Source: Chiloscyllium plagiosum
Lineage: Eukaryota
Assembly (NCBI RefSeq): GCF_004010195.1
Contig: NC_057713.1
Location: 41,783,555 to 41,847,554 of the forward strand
Direction of reading: 5' to 3'
Length of the DNA stretch: 64,000 bases
The position numbers were made by a program, and so were the translations under genes. Below the pieces are notes generated by a model, which was not told the origin of the DNA, did not search any database, and was given only the letters and a program-made list of their open reading frames with translations. This document shows positions 26,886 through 41,376 of this stretch, piece by piece (position 1 is the first letter of the stretch; each line of letters starts with the position of its first letter).

Positions 26886-28174
26886 TCAAAACTACATGCA
26901 GGACAAACTTCTTTGGCAAAGCATACGGAGTCATGATCCAATTTACTGTTAAGGTGAACAGGAATCAGCGGGCAGTGTTACATGAAGTATAACACACAAA
27001 GCTTCAGTTCCCTTCTTATAGTTACATTTTTTAATGATTTATAATAACTTTATATTATTATTTATAGCAAAACTTAGGGTAGTTTGGCAGAATATGGAAG
27101 CTTTTCTCTGATAAGGTACTGTGGTCTAAAGCTGAAGTCCTACACCTGCAATGAAGTATCATTGTAGTATGACAACTTTACATTGGTAGTCTTTATTGCA
27201 AATGTGGAAATGTAAATTATACTTGAGAAATGTTGCCAAAAATGTATAACAGGAAAAGAGGTATTGTATATAGTAAGTGTGCACAGACAAATGATTCACC
27301 TATTTTCCTAGTTGAGGTCCTATTGTATTACATGGGGATTACTGAGCAGGATGTGGGATTGGGAGGTGGGGAGGTTGGAGTAGTGGTGTGTCTCCAGTAG
27401 GTGAAGTGTTAAGACAAAGTGTGCTATTTGGGGCAAATGGGCTTGAGGGCAGCTTCAGGTATATAGATGTAATTTACTTCTCACTTTAAAATCATTTGCT
27501 CATAATTCCTATATTTCCATGATAGAGTTCTATATCTACATTTAATGTTAGTTGTCAAATTGTCAAATTGCAATTACACTCTCCTACCGTGACGGCCATA
27601 ACCAGTTCAACTGAACTTACGACCCTTCCTCAAAGTTTTTTTATTCTGCTGTCCATTTGCTCCAATATTTGAGTCAGAGCCTTCAACCTCCTCTCCAGAG
27701 CCCTTACCCTTACTTTTTCCAACTTTTACAAATTTCTAAAAACCTGACCCTTTAAGCAAACTCAGCAATTTTCACAGTTATTTTTCAATTGCAAGTTAAA
27801 TTTCACAATGTATTACAGTGGGATTTGTACTCATAACTATCAGGTAGCTAGCCCATCACCAGCATAACTGAGATCGTTATAACTTTCTGATAACTTAAAA
27901 TTTAAGCTACCTTCCTAACATTATGGCATTTACAATACATAGTTCTTGGTATTGTAGTTGAGTAATTTCTCCTGGAGAGTTTGAGCAACAATCTGGAGAT
28001 GTATTCAAATTCAGTTTTCTGAATAATTCTGGAGTAAAAGCTAATTGTAATAATGATAACCATAAAAATAAATGGTTGTTCTTAAATGTGCAATTGATTA
28101 AAAAAAGTTATTTAGGGAAGGTAATCTGCTATTTTTTCTTGTCTACCTGTGAATTCAGACTCACAGCAAGATAT

Positions 28175-28283
28175 TTTTAATCAACCTGTTCAGATGTGTT
28201 ATCAGACATCGCTGGAGCAGGTGGGATTTGAACCAAGGCCTCCTAACTCAGAGATAGGGATACTACCACAATACCACAAGAGA
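28175..28283 (-). mobile_element. Short tRNA-derived SINE (related plus-strand copy at ~34377-34470)
   Basis: A-box-like GTGGTATTGTGGTAG and B-box-like GGTTCAAATCCC on the minus strand. Confidence 0.6.
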
Positions 28284-28611
28284 CTGTAGACATACAGCAA
28301 AACAATGGACTCTTAATTGCTTTTGAAATTACCTACTAAGGTGCTTAGTTATGCCAAGGTAACTTGAGAAGGTAAGCTACAGATACTGCAGCAATTCAAG
28401 AAGTAGACTCATTTTCTCAAAAAATAAGGGTGGATAATAATTTCAGTGGGTAATGTGCCTATATATATATAACACAAATGAATATGTGGATTCAATTTAC
28501 TTAAAAATTTCTGATGCATTTTTAAACAGTTAACCAAGTACAGACAGAACACGATCATCTCTAAACACATCCTTTAGTGCTATAGGGCCCATTGCCTCTG
28601 GTTATGTAATT

Positions 28612-29432
28612 GTCATAGAGTCATAGAGATGTACAGCATGGAAACAGACTCTTTGGTCCAACTAGTCCATGCCGACCAGATATCCCAACCTAATCTAGTC
28701 CCTTTTGCCAGCACTTGGCCCATATCCCTCTCAACCCTTCCTATTCATATACCCATCCAGCTGCCTCTTAAATGTTGCAATTGTACCAGCCTTCGCCACT
28801 TCCTCTGGCAGCTCATTCCATACACGCACCACCCTCTGTGTGAAAGAGTTGCCCCTTAGGTCCCTTTTATATCTTTCCCCTCTCACCCTAAACCTATGCC
28901 CTCTAATTCTGGACTCTCCCATCCTAAGGAAAAGACTTCATCTGTTTATCCTATCCATGCCCCTCATTATTTTACAAACCTCTATGAGGTCACCCCCCAG
29001 CTTTTGACGCTCCATGGAAAATAGCCCCAGCCTATTCAGCCTCTCCCTATAGCTCAAATTCCCCAACACTGGCAACACCCTCGTAAATCTTTTCTGAACC
29101 CTTTCAAGTTTCATAACATCCTTCCAACAGGAAGGAGACCAGAATTGCACACAATATTCCAAAAGTGCCCTAACCAACATCTTGTACATGACCCCCCACT
29201 GCTATACTCAATGCCAATAAATAAAAGCATAGCAAACACCTTCTTCAATATTCTATCTACCTGCAACTCCTCTTTCAAGGAGCTATGAACCTGCACTCCA
29301 AGGTCTCTTTGTTCAGCAACACTCCTTAGGATCTTACCATTAAGTGTATAAGTCCTGCTCTGATTTGCTTTCCTAAAATGCAGCACCTCACAATTATCCA
29401 AATTAAACTCTATCTGCTACTTCTCAGCCCAT
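28612..29432 (-). mobile_element. CR1 3' portion
   Basis: CEVLHF.., LEYCVQFWSP, RGHRFRVRGERYKRDLRGN plus tail. Confidence 0.9.
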
Positions 29433-29434
29433 TA

Positions 29435-32400
29435 GTCCATCATTAGCATGTTGAATTTCTGAAAGAGACATTCCCATTTTATCTCCCAAAAATAGCTCTT
29501 GTATGTTACAAATGAAAAGACAATTACATTGGTTGATAGCAAAACTAGTTGTAGAATTAGTGATTGTAAAATTTATAGGTAGAGAGATAGTGATCATAAA
29601 ATGCATGCGCACATAAGAGTGTCCTGCATGGCTCATTTTATTTGCTCAAGACAAGTCGGTTAGAAGATAACTGGCAGCAGGCAATTGGCATCCCACTTTG
29701 CCAGTGGAGTTCTGATAGATGGGAAATGTGTGTGGTTGCTGGCCATGGATTGTATGCTGAGAAACTGGTGACCTGTTGAGAATCCAGAGGTACAAGTGGT
29801 GAATATCAGTCGTCAGGTTACCAGTATGACTTTCATGTTGGGAACTGTCACTGTCCAATTCCTACATGGCATTTGGGAGATTGACAAACTACATATCGAT
29901 AAGATGAGTTGAGGTAATAATAATTATTTTAATACATCCCAATAGACCTCTTGCTACTCACTAGCATGAATCTCATCTGATCATTCAAAACTTGGTTAGA
30001 AAATGGGATGATATAGTGTTGATGTTGAGAAACTCCTCACTGGATTTCTCACTGAGTTTTCCAAAGTTTCTCACCATAGCCCACAACATTTCGGCCTGGA
30101 AAGATTGCACTTTAAGAATTCGATAGATGATTTCAGTAGTTTGACAGCTCTTCCAGATCTTTTTGTAGTGTAGCCTTCTGGAGATATGGATTTTTGTCCA
30201 TAGTAGTTCTTGGTTTGTAGCTATGTTATTGGTGCATTGGTTGTTATGCCTCTGTTCCATCATAGTGTTTCCACCTGTGCCTGTTTTTGTATATACTGTG
30301 CTCATTTTACATATGGTGTGCTTTTCTTTGCTGGCTTTTGTTCCTTCTCAACATTACTTTGCCGGATATTGTGGCATTGTAAGACTTTGGTACACTTTGC
30401 ACATTTCTGCATGTTTCCATGATAGTGATTCTGACCATTTATCCTCCGTGTAGTGGAAGCAATTCTGCATCTGGAGGTCATCCTGCCTTGTTTGTCAATA
30501 AAAACATTCTACATATAAGAGAATTTGGATCATTGGTAACATGCCAAGACCATTCTCACTTAAGTTCTGAACATGATCTTTGAAGGTGATGTTAATCCCC
30601 TATTTAGAGAGGTAGCTCCGAGCTGTAACATAGCAACATTAAAAACTTTGTTTTGTTGTCCTAAACTATAGGATAAGTGATTTAATGGTGTGCACCATTT
30701 ACTTGGCAAGACAATTTGATCTACGGTAATGTAATGAAAAGGTTAGATGGTTCATGCCCCTTTTGGCACACAAATCCTTGAACGTGTGCCAGCCCAATGT
30801 TAGAAATTTTTTTTTTCAGCTGTTCCAAACAGACTAAAATGGCACTCTATGTCTGCTACTGATGAGCTTGAAGAGTTCTTGTTTTCACCTGGTTGATAAT
30901 TGGAAATTTGAGAAATAATCAACAACTACAATAAAGCTGTCTACAAGACCAGTGCTGATTTTGGATCAAGAGACTGAAACAATTTCATGCAGATGTTGAG
31001 GTTCTCTATGATACTATGGCTGTGGCTTTGACATGTGTCGCATATCCTCACTAGCTTTTCTATGGCTAGGGATCTTCAATGAGATGATTTGCCAGTCATC
31101 TCATCTGCTCTATGTGATTTTGTCTTTGCTGTAGTTGTGACATGTCGGAGCAGAAAAAGCTCTGAGTACAAGTACCTTTTGAAGATTACACACCTCCAGG
31201 TACCAAGTTCTTCTCTAAGAGGCCAAAATCATCTATGAATGCCTGTGACCTTTTGTATCATGTCAGGCCAAACTTCAATGATTCCTTTCCACAATGTCTT
31301 CACTTGTGACTCATTTGCTGTTTCTGATTGAAGTTTAACACATCTATGCTGCTGTCTGCATCCTTATTCAGACTTCCAATTGGCTCAGTGTACCTTGAGG
31401 TGTTTGTGTGGTAATGCACATTCCACATCATCTAATTCATTTCCTGTATGTGAATTTTTGCCCTTTCTAGAAGGGTTAATTGATAGAATTGCATTTTTTC
31501 TGAGGTGCAATACGACGTAACCTTTGAAATTTCCTGCATCATCAAACCTGTCAGGTACAATTAATGGAATTTCTGAACTACCTCGATTTATGTTTTTTTG
31601 GTTTTTGACAATCATGTGTACCTTGGCAATCTCTATTGGATGCTCACACTTTAAATCCATACATACTGGTAGTCCTGCTGTGCTCATCCACTCATGTAAC
31701 ATATTTGTGGTTTCCATGTTAAATTACTGCAGCTACATTGCATTATTAGCATGTAAGGTTGAGGGATGAGTGACCCAAAGTATGCAGTTACACTCGCAGT
31801 TATCGAATTCCAATGATCCATGTACATGTCAATTATGGTTTTGAGTGCATGTTGCTAGTTCGCTTCAGGCAATTGACGTGATTGTTGTTAATTGACACTA
31901 ATAACAGGCCAGAAATTGACAAAGAGATGAAGTTAGGTGAGGACCTGGAAACAATCATTATTACTGAAGAGGTAGTGAGCTAAGGATAGACAAGTCTCCT
32001 GGCTCTGATGGAATGCATCCCAGGGTACTAAAAGAGATGGCAGGAGAAATAGCAAGTCACTTGTGCTAATTTTCCAAAATTCGTTGGACTCTGGAGCAGA
32101 TCCGGCAGATTGGAAAATAGCAAATGTGGTGCCACTGTTCAAAAAGGGAGATAGACAAAAGATGGGGATTATAGACTTAACCTCTGTAATGGTTAACTTA
32201 ACCTCTGTAGTGGGGAAGATGCTTGAGTCTATTATCAAGGAAGAAATAGCAAGGCATCTGGATAGAAATTGTTCCGTTGGGCAGATGCAGCATGGGTTCA
32301 TGAAGGCAGGTCATACTTAACAAATCTTTTGGAATTCTATGAAGACATTACGAGCAAGGTGGACAACGGGAACCTAGTGGATGTGGTGTACCTAGATTTC

Positions 32401-34560
32401 TAAAAGGCCTTCGACAAGGTGTCACACAAGAGGCTGCTGTATAAGATAAAGAGGCATGATGTTACGGGTAAAGTTTTAGCATGGATAGAGGATTGGTTGA
32501 TTAACTCGGAAGCAAAGAGTGGGGATAAATGAGTGCTATTCTGGTTGGCAATCAGCAACTAGTGGTGTGCCTCAGGGATCAGTATTGAGGCCACAATTAT
32601 TCACAATTTATAGAGATGATATAGAGTTGGGAAACATTTGTCGTGTATCAAAGTTTGTAGATAACACTAAGTTATCTAGAGTTTGTAGAGCAAAGTGTGC
32701 AGAGGACTGTGGAACTTTGCAGAGGAACATAGATACTTTAAGTGAGTGTGCAAAGGTCTGGCAGATGGAATACAATGTTAATAAATGTAAAGTCATCCAT
32801 TTTAGTAAGAGTAACAGTAAAACGGATTATTACTTGGATGGTAAAAAGTTGCAGCATGCTGCTATGCAGAGGTGTCTGGTGTCCTTGTGCATGAATCAGA
32901 GACAGGTGGTCTGCCGGTACAACAAGTAATTAGGAAGGCAAATAGAATTTTGTCCTTCATTGCTAAAGGAATTGAGGTTAAAAGCAAGGAGATTATGTTG
33001 CAGCTGCACAGGATGCAGGTGAGGCCACACCTGGAGTACCGTATGCAGGTTTGGTCACCTTACTTGAGAAAGGATGTACTGGCACTAGAGGAGGCGCACA
33101 GGAGGTTCACTAGGTTAATTCCAGAGTTGAGGGTGCTGGTTTATGAGGACAGATGGAGTAGATTTGGATTATATACATTGGAATTTAGAAGAATGAGGGG
33201 GGGAAATCTTATAAAAACATATCAAATTATGAGGGGGAATAGATAAGATAGAAATAGAGAGGTTTCCATTGGCAGGTGAAACTAGGACAAGAGAGCACAG
33301 CATCAAAATTAGGGGAAGCAGATTTAGGAATGAATTGAGAAGGAACTTCTTCACCCAGAGGGTTGTAAGTCTCTGGAATTCCTTGCCCATTGAAGTATTG
33401 ATGCTACTTCAGTAAACATTTTTAAAGCTAAGATATATATTTTGTTGAAACAGTAAAAGAATTAAGGAATAGTGTGAGAGCAAAGGTGAGTGGAGCTGAG
33501 TCTACAAAAAAGGTTAGCCATGATCGTATTGAGTGGCGGAGCAGACTCGAAAGGCCAGATGACCTACTCCAGCTCCTAGTTCTTACGTTCTAAAGCTTCT
33601 AGATATCTCACTTCATTCTCGTGATGCTTATTTCACATAAATCTTAGAATGCAAGACAGCTTCATTGTTGGTGCATTAGACTGTACTTTTTGTACAGCCT
33701 TCTTGCTTTTTTGCGATCTGGTTACCCTGTCAATATTTTTATCTTACTGTCGTATTAATGGGTATTATTGTCCAGCTGATGGTTTTGTAGTTGCTCCCAT
33801 TGATTAACAGTAAATCACTACCGTAACCTTTCTCTTTTTCAGGGAAGTGGTATACTTTGAGGCAATCACCAACTCCTTTAACTTGAAAAAATTACATTAA
33901 TTATGGTATCTACTAATAAACTGCTCTATTGATTCCTGTGGCTGTTGCAAGTAGGTCATTAGTTCTAAGCTCTTGACACTTATACAAAGCTGATCTTCCA
34001 GGACTTTCCACATCTTTATGGGAGCTGTCTGGTTCTCTTCAGATAAACGAGAAGAATTGATTCTATGTGACCCTTTGCCAATCAGTATTTTCAAAGCTTG
34101 TTTAACTGATCCTGCCACTGCTTGGTCTGGGAAGCATAGCTGTATACTTTTTTTAGTGATTTAAACTTGGTAAGAATTCCTTGGTTAACAGTTCATCCTG
34201 CACATTGTTAAGTATTAAAGGTCAAATGTTGGTTAGACTGAGTCTAGGCATATGCTTTTCAGATTAGAATTTTATTTCAGTTCATACAGCTTCAACTCCA
34301 ACCCAGTGACTGCTCATTTCACATATCTATAAATCCAATTCTTATCCAATTATCTCTAATCTAACACACAAGGAATCTTGTGGCACAGTGGTAGTGTTCT
34401 TACCTCTAAACTAGAGGAGCTGGGTTCAAGTTTAACCTATTCCAGAAGTGTGAAATAACACATCTAAATATCTTAACAAATATGTAACCATTGCTTGTTC
34501 CCTAGTTCTATTCAGACTCAGGCAGCCTTTACAGACCTTACAAGATGATAATATTGTTAT
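29435..34560 (-). mobile_element. Highly decayed Gypsy-like internal region, split by a CR1
   Basis: Gag-like LELMTYLQQPQESIEQFISR (~33900-33975) and pol-like PDRFDDAGNFKG..LHLRKNA..I.PSRK (~31460-31560); many stops. Confidence 0.55.
31935..33590 (+). mobile_element. CR1 LINE RT plus 3' UTR
   Basis: PADWKIANVVPLFKKG, QHGF, SGVPQGSVL.PQLFTIY, RPHLEY..WSPYLRKD. Confidence 0.92.
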
Positions 34561-34580
34561 CAGTTCTTCTGTTTTGCTTG

Positions 34581-34915
34581 GGGCATGGATAGGGTAAATT
34601 GACAAAGTTTTTCCCTGGGGTCGGGGAGTCCAGAACTAGAGGGCATAGATTTAGGGTGAGAGGGGAAAGATATAAAAGAGACCTAAGGGGCAACTTTTTC
34701 ACACAGAGGGTGGTACAGGTATGGAATGAGCTGCCAGAGGAAGTGGTGGAGGCTGGTACAATTGCAACATTTAAGAGGCATTTGGATGGGTATATGAATA
34801 GGAAGGGTTTGGAGGGATATGGGCCGGGTGCTGGCAGGTGGTATTAGATTGGTTTGGGATATCTGGTCAGCATGGACAGGTTGGACTGAAGGGTCTGTAC
34901 ATCTCTATGACTTTA
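34581..34915 (+). mobile_element. Young CR1 3' end
   Basis: Very similar to 1925-2270. Confidence 0.9.
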
Positions 34916-35607
34916 TGATATTATCATGGGGCATGTGCTCTCAGCATTGTTTCTATTGTAGTCTCTGTTTTTTGATTTACATTTTACTTTGCGCATATAT
35001 TGTGTATGTTCAGTACACATTTAATGTTGTCTATTTTTGATTTAAAACTTATTTAAGGACTTGTTCTGTTGATTCTGCACTGTTCCCGATTAAAACTCAT
35101 TATTTAAGAGCAGTTTTCAATCAGCTGGCTGCTTGCCTAGCTTTGTCCAGTTCAAAGGTACTCACAGTTTGTGAACAAACTGTAATGTTTACTGTTGTAT
35201 GTTTCTTTTGTTGTCTGTATTTTGGGACTTCTGATCTTTGGAGTACTTTTGAATGCTGTCTGCAATTTCCCCCCATGGCCTTCATGCTGCTTTCTTTGGT
35301 CTGTTTTTTTTTAAAGAGACTACAGTGCTGCACATCATGTTGTGATTGCTTCTGCTATCTATGGATAATATATGTAAGTTCCATAGATTATCTTGACTTG
35401 AAAACCTCTGCACAGCTTATTTACAGATTTGACAATAAACTCTATATCTACAATACAGAGGTAGTGTTTCAGTGGTCTCAGGTCATGTAGTGATTGCTTG
35501 TCATATCTAAACACAAATATGAGGTACTGGGATTCTAATTACTTTAAGACCTTTGGTGGATCTGTTTGCGAGTAAAACGAGTACAAAGAGGCACATAGTA
35601 ACCTCCA

Positions 35608-38600
35608 TCAAATAACTGCACAGAGGCCAGTATCACATCACTAAGTCACCCTTTATTTCCACAAGAATTGTATTTGTCACTGGCCTGGCTTTCTTAGAGC
35701 GCTTTGAGAGTGAACAGAACCTCTGACACACCTGTTTATATGCGTTAGCCAGGGCACCCTGATTGACCATGTTAACAGCCCGAATCTGAGAACTCATGTT
35801 CTATGAGGTCCACTTGGCTGACTGAGTTACAATCACTAGATCCGTCCCCTTTAAGTCTGGGAATGTAGGCCTGTTCTTTTCCTTGTAGCCTCTTCTGAGG
35901 CATTTTCGCAACGGGTCAGATATGGACAGCATATTGTGGACTATAGCCCTTCTCTTACGCCCAGAATACTTTGGAAGAAATTCATCCTCTTCTTTAGGTG
36001 GTAAAGGCGTTGACATTCACCATTATCCATCTCAGGATCTGAGGTTTTCTTGGCATTAGATGGAGGGGGGAGAACCCATGGGCTCTGACAACCTTTCTGA
36101 CTATTCTGAGGGACTGGGTATGCTTTACTTCTGCCCTGTTTATGAACTTGCAGCTTTCATGTGGTCCATGGTTTATTCAGGATTGCCTCACCTACCTGAA
36201 CTTTATATGTCACAGAATCTGACCTCATATTGACCATGCCTCTTAACTTGCATGGCCATTTCCGTAGTTTCGGCACCAAACTACATCCCCTGAAGTAAAC
36301 TGTCTCCCTCGCTTAGAGGAATCTTGTGTCTGGCATTGGTGTTCCTGATGCTGTTTCACCCTCCACTCCCAGGTCCGGGAAGATCAGATTTACATTGTGC
36401 AGAATCTTCTCCCCATTAGTAATTCTGCTGGAGCTATCCCTGCAATTGATGAGAGGTGGTCTGATAAGCAAATAGGAACTGGGACAGTTTGGTATCTACT
36501 GAAGCTGTAAGCTGTTTCTTTAAGCGTGCTGATCTTTTTGCCATACCATTGGTATGGTCCAGATGGATGGTATGGAGCTGTCCTTATATGCCAAATGCCA
36601 TTTGACTTTAGGAAATACTTGAATTTTCTGCTGGTAAGTAATGACCCATTGTCTGTGACCAACACCTCCAGAGCCTGTGTGTTGCAAAAGATGCTTGCAG
36701 TTTTTATATCATCATGTTTGATGAATGAAACTCTATGCATATCTAATTACTTTTGAGTGGGCATCCACAATGACTAAGAATGTTGACCCCATGAAATGAC
36801 TGGCACAGTTCTCATGTAACTGACTATAGGGTTTACTCTGCCATTCTCATAAGTGTAGGGTAGCTGCCAGTGGTAACTTTTGACTTTATTGGCACTATGG
36901 GCATTGCCCCACTAACACGGCTATGTCTGCATCCAATCCTGGCCACCAGACATAACTTCTTGCCAACATCTTCATTTTAGATACCCCTGGATGACCCTGG
37001 GGGAGCTCAGCTGGTATCTGGCAGGGGCCTTTGCTCAGGGCAATTACTTTTGCTCCTTGTAATAGCTGCTCACATATGGAAGACACAAAATGGCCAACAA
37101 GAGATAAATAGGATTAAACAGCCTGACCTAGCATTAAGACACAAAATGGCAGACAAGTAATAAAACAGAATTAAATGCCTGCTTCAGCATTTAAGTGAAA
37201 TACAATGGTATCTTTGAACAGGGCTACTCCAAGGCGTAGCACAAACAGCCATCAGCGACAGTTCAACAATAGGATCTCTCAGCATAGAAACAAGTTCATT
37301 ACACTATAGCAAGTGATTGATTCCAGCCTCATTAATGAAGGAATGTTGTCCCATTAGGTGAAAAGAATCAGTGAGAAAAAGGACAATAAATCTCAGTCCA
37401 TAAGGCAATTAGTCTAACTCATCAGGCAGCTGTGAAAACAACAGCTAAAGTTATTTGGTAGTACTCAGTTGTTTTCTTTTGAGGTTATTCACAATATTAA
37501 GACATGGGTTCTAGTTAAAGATTCTTCAGATAATCAGAGATAGATTTCAACATAATTTTAGATACACATATTTAACCAAAATATAGGAGAAGCATTAGGG
37601 GAAAACATTTAAACATTGATGTGAAAGTTAATTAGTCTCCTTATCTTTAAAAAGATGCCTAACACGTCCTGTAACAAATAGAGTGTTCCCAACTCATTAA
37701 ATAGTACTAACGTAGAAGTAGCTGTAAAACATTAGTCCAACTAACTTTATAATACATATTAATACTATGGATCTTATAGTAGCTAGTTACAACCTTGTTT
37801 TTTTTTCGATATATATCATTAGGACAGTGGGAAAGTGTAAGAGAAGAAACAGAATTTGATACAGATGCAGAATTCAAGCAGTCCTTAGAGATAAGCAAGT
37901 CTGGGACAGGTCCAAAGGAGTACAGCCAATAACTTTGGAATGCAAATTAATAGGATGTATAGACATATCCCAAGGCCTGGAGATTACAGTGTCTGTTAAA
38001 CACCAAGAGATTATGGGATCCTGGGGCTGTCCATAGGAGCGCTGTCGGGCATTCCTCTCCATGGGCCATCTGTGAGCCAACTCTATCCTGATACCATACA
38101 GGCAGACATTGCACAATAGTACTAGATCTTGTTTGGGATTGTAGTTTGCCAACACTTGAGTTGATGACAGCTGCTTCTTCACTCTCCTAAAGGCTACATC
38201 TTGTTTACAAGACTATTTCTATGGCTGATCCTTTTTCAATAGCAGATATAAGAGTTCCAGGATAGAAGCCAGGTTACAGATGACCTTTACATAAAAATTC
38301 ACCAATCTAAGGAAAGACCTAAGCTCCAATACAGATGATAGAGCCCGGGAACCCTCGCTTTATCTTCCAATGGATATAATCTGGTCTTGTCAACTCGTAG
38401 CCCAAGTAGATCACTTAGGGTGCCTGGAACATACATGTTTCCCTTTGAAGGTGTACCCCTGCCTTGGAGAAACCTCTAAGGACTATATCCAAGTTCTCTA
38501 TGTGCTCTTTATTGGTCTTCAATGCTATTAGCACATCATCCAGATAAGGGGTGACCTGGGGTAGACATTGTAAAATGTTCTCCATCTACTGAAAAATGGC

Positions 38601-40560
38601 ACAGGCTGATGATACCCCAAATGGCAGTCTCGTATATTGGTACAATAATGGGCATAATTTAAGCTTACTTCTGGGAATCCTCATCTAACTGTAATTGCAG
38701 GTATGCGTGGCTCATATCCAGCTTTGTAAAGGACAGGTCCATCGCCAGCTTTGCATGTAAATCGTCTATGCATGAGATTGGGTATTTATCCAGCTGTGAG
38801 AAGCAGTTTACCATTTGGTTAAAATCTGTACAAAGGCTTCACAATCAGTACAACTGGTGCTGCTCATTCTGCAAACTGCACTGATATGATGATTCCTTTG
38901 CTTTCCAACCTCCTAATTTCTGCCTCTATGTTTACAGATAAGTGGCATTGGGTGGGCCTTGCATAATCGTGCAATTGCTTCCTCATCAACATGCAAGTTG
39001 GCCTTGTCTCCTTTGACGGCCCCTCAACCTTCCTGAAGAACATTCAGGTTTTTAATTCGGACTTCTCTCAGGCAGCCATTTTCTGATTGAAAAATATGGA
39101 GTCAATCAAGCTGAATCTTTCTCAACCAATTTCACTCCATCAGGTTTGGGTCCAAGTCTTTTGCTACAATTAGTGGTAATTGAACCAGCTGCTTCTCATA
39201 CGAGAAGTGGAGTGAAGTTGTACTCTTAATCTGTAAAGGTTCCCTGGTAGATTCTCAGTCTAGTCAAGATATTATGCAAACTTAGGGGTTGGAGTCGAAA
39301 ATTAATTTTACTAAAGACTGATTCTACAATCACTGGTATTAGAACCGATGACCATTTAACCTGACATTTATTTTGATTGGGTCTGATTTGGATGTTGGTA
39401 AGCAACTTTATTGTTCCAAGCCAGATGAATTTGGGCTTTCCAGGGTATGCACTCTCCTGGATACTGGCCTATGAGTTCTCTTACTTAATTCAGGCCAAGT
39501 GGGTCTCTTTTGCTGTCTCACGTCTGCATACCAGCAGCAACTACAATGGATTCTGAAGAAAATATTAACCGTTTACCTGAGGCTTGCCTGTGTTTTGGGG
39601 CTTTGCTTTCGGCAAAGAGCCCCTCTGTTCAGGATTTGGCCTGACTGAGGCTATGCAATTGCCTTCACTCAAGTGGCGTTCCCCAAGCTCAGTCAGCCTG
39701 GCGAGGGTATCCATTTCCTTTGGCATGTAGTTCCTGTACTCCACTTGTCATATTTTCTAATGACAACGCCAGTTGTGGTGCCTGTTTGAAATCCAGTTGG
39801 GCTTCAGCTCATGGGCATTTTTGCATGGTCATATCATTAATACTACATTCCAACAATCTCTCCACATCTTGTTAAGGGTTAAACCAAATCACATGCCTCT
39901 GACAGTTGTCTTAACCTTGTCAAAAATCCCCACATGGATTCCTGTAATTCTCAAATTGTCCAGTAAAATCTATAGTGTCTCAGTATTACAGGACGCTTGG
40001 AATCATAATATTGCTTGACTAAATCCATCAACTCTTGAAGGATTTTAGCATTTGGTGCCTCAGAAAATGTTACGTTCCGAATAAACAAAAAAAAACTGCT
40101 GGTCCACAAGCTGTCAGGAGAATTACTCATTATTTTTCATCTGCCCTAATGTGATTTGCAGAGAAAAAATAATGCATTCTTTCCATGTATTGGGTCCTGT
40201 CTTTTATAGCAGGATCGAATGAGCCAAGTTTCCCAAATAATAGCATGATGTCAGAAATGCTTACTCAAAGTCAAAAATGTTGCGAGCAAATCTCTTAAGG
40301 CGCTTTTTTCTTTCTTTCGTCACCACTGAAATAACTCCACACAGGCTGATATCCTGTTGCCAAGTCACCCCTTATTTACACATGTATAATACTTGGCACT
40401 GGTCCAGCTTCCTCAGAACCAGCTCTAAGTGAACACTACCTCTAACACTCCTGTATATATGTCAGCCAGGGCTCCCTGATTAATAGCCAGGTTAATAGCT
40501 CCAGTCACGGAACTCATATTCTATGAGATCCACCTGGCTAACCTCGTTATAATCACTACA
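35608..40560 (-). mobile_element. Decayed Gypsy LTR retrotransposon with both LTRs (5' LTR 40327-40560, 3' LTR 35608-35840)
   Basis: Two ~233-bp direct repeats. The 5' LTR is TG..CA, with PBS-like TGGTGACGA after it and a purine tract at 35841-35852. Gag start MLLFGKLGSFDP; integrase zinc finger HPGVSKMKMLARSYVWWPGLDADI; core VTDNG and APYHPS. Confidence 0.88.
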
Positions 40561-41376
40561 CTCTGAACATATCCTTTTTCCAGGGTGCTGTGATGTCAAA
40601 TTGCCTTGGCCTCTGGTCATGTGATGGCATCCTGTTATTTTGCTTATTTGCAGGTTGAACCTTTCTCATGAACACCTTTCTTAAAGCAATAATACTGCAG
40701 AGGAGACATTCTTTCTTTGATATTTTTGTATGTGCCGATTGAAAATTTACACACCTCTGAGATTCTCCATTCCCACGTGGCCTTCATGTATCTGCTAGAA
40801 AATGTATCTGCATTGATGTCCTTCATTCATCCTTTTTGAGTATGATGTTTAATGAGCCAATTCATAGCACAATCATTTAGTGAAATGACACTGCTGATAA
40901 AATAGTATAACCCCTTGGTTATGCTTACTGTATCTTGTCTTGCCATCCTTGAATCATCTATGAGAACATCTGTAATTCTTTGCTTTTGTTAGTCGTGTCA
41001 GTAATTTGAGTCAGTTCTGAAGGTATTATATTCTCTAGATGATCTACCTTTACAGCTAGATCTTTTATTTCATGTTTGTCATGTTCTGATATAAATGGAT
41101 AGGTGAACTATTCACTGTAAACTGATGTATACAGCAATGTCGTGCAATTTTAGGATTCCTTTACCTATAGTGTTCTTAACTCAATGCTGTCTTTAAGGAT
41201 ATGGATGTTTTGGTTCTTCCTATTGTACTTCTCATTCTGTACCTCTTTCTCTGATAACTCATTTTCCATTTATTTTGCTCTGTACATTTTTTCTAGTGAT
41301 TTGGCCTTCCACAAGCTCTAAAGTTTGATCCAAATGCATGACATTTCTTCTGTTTACGAACACATGTGATTGTGTT

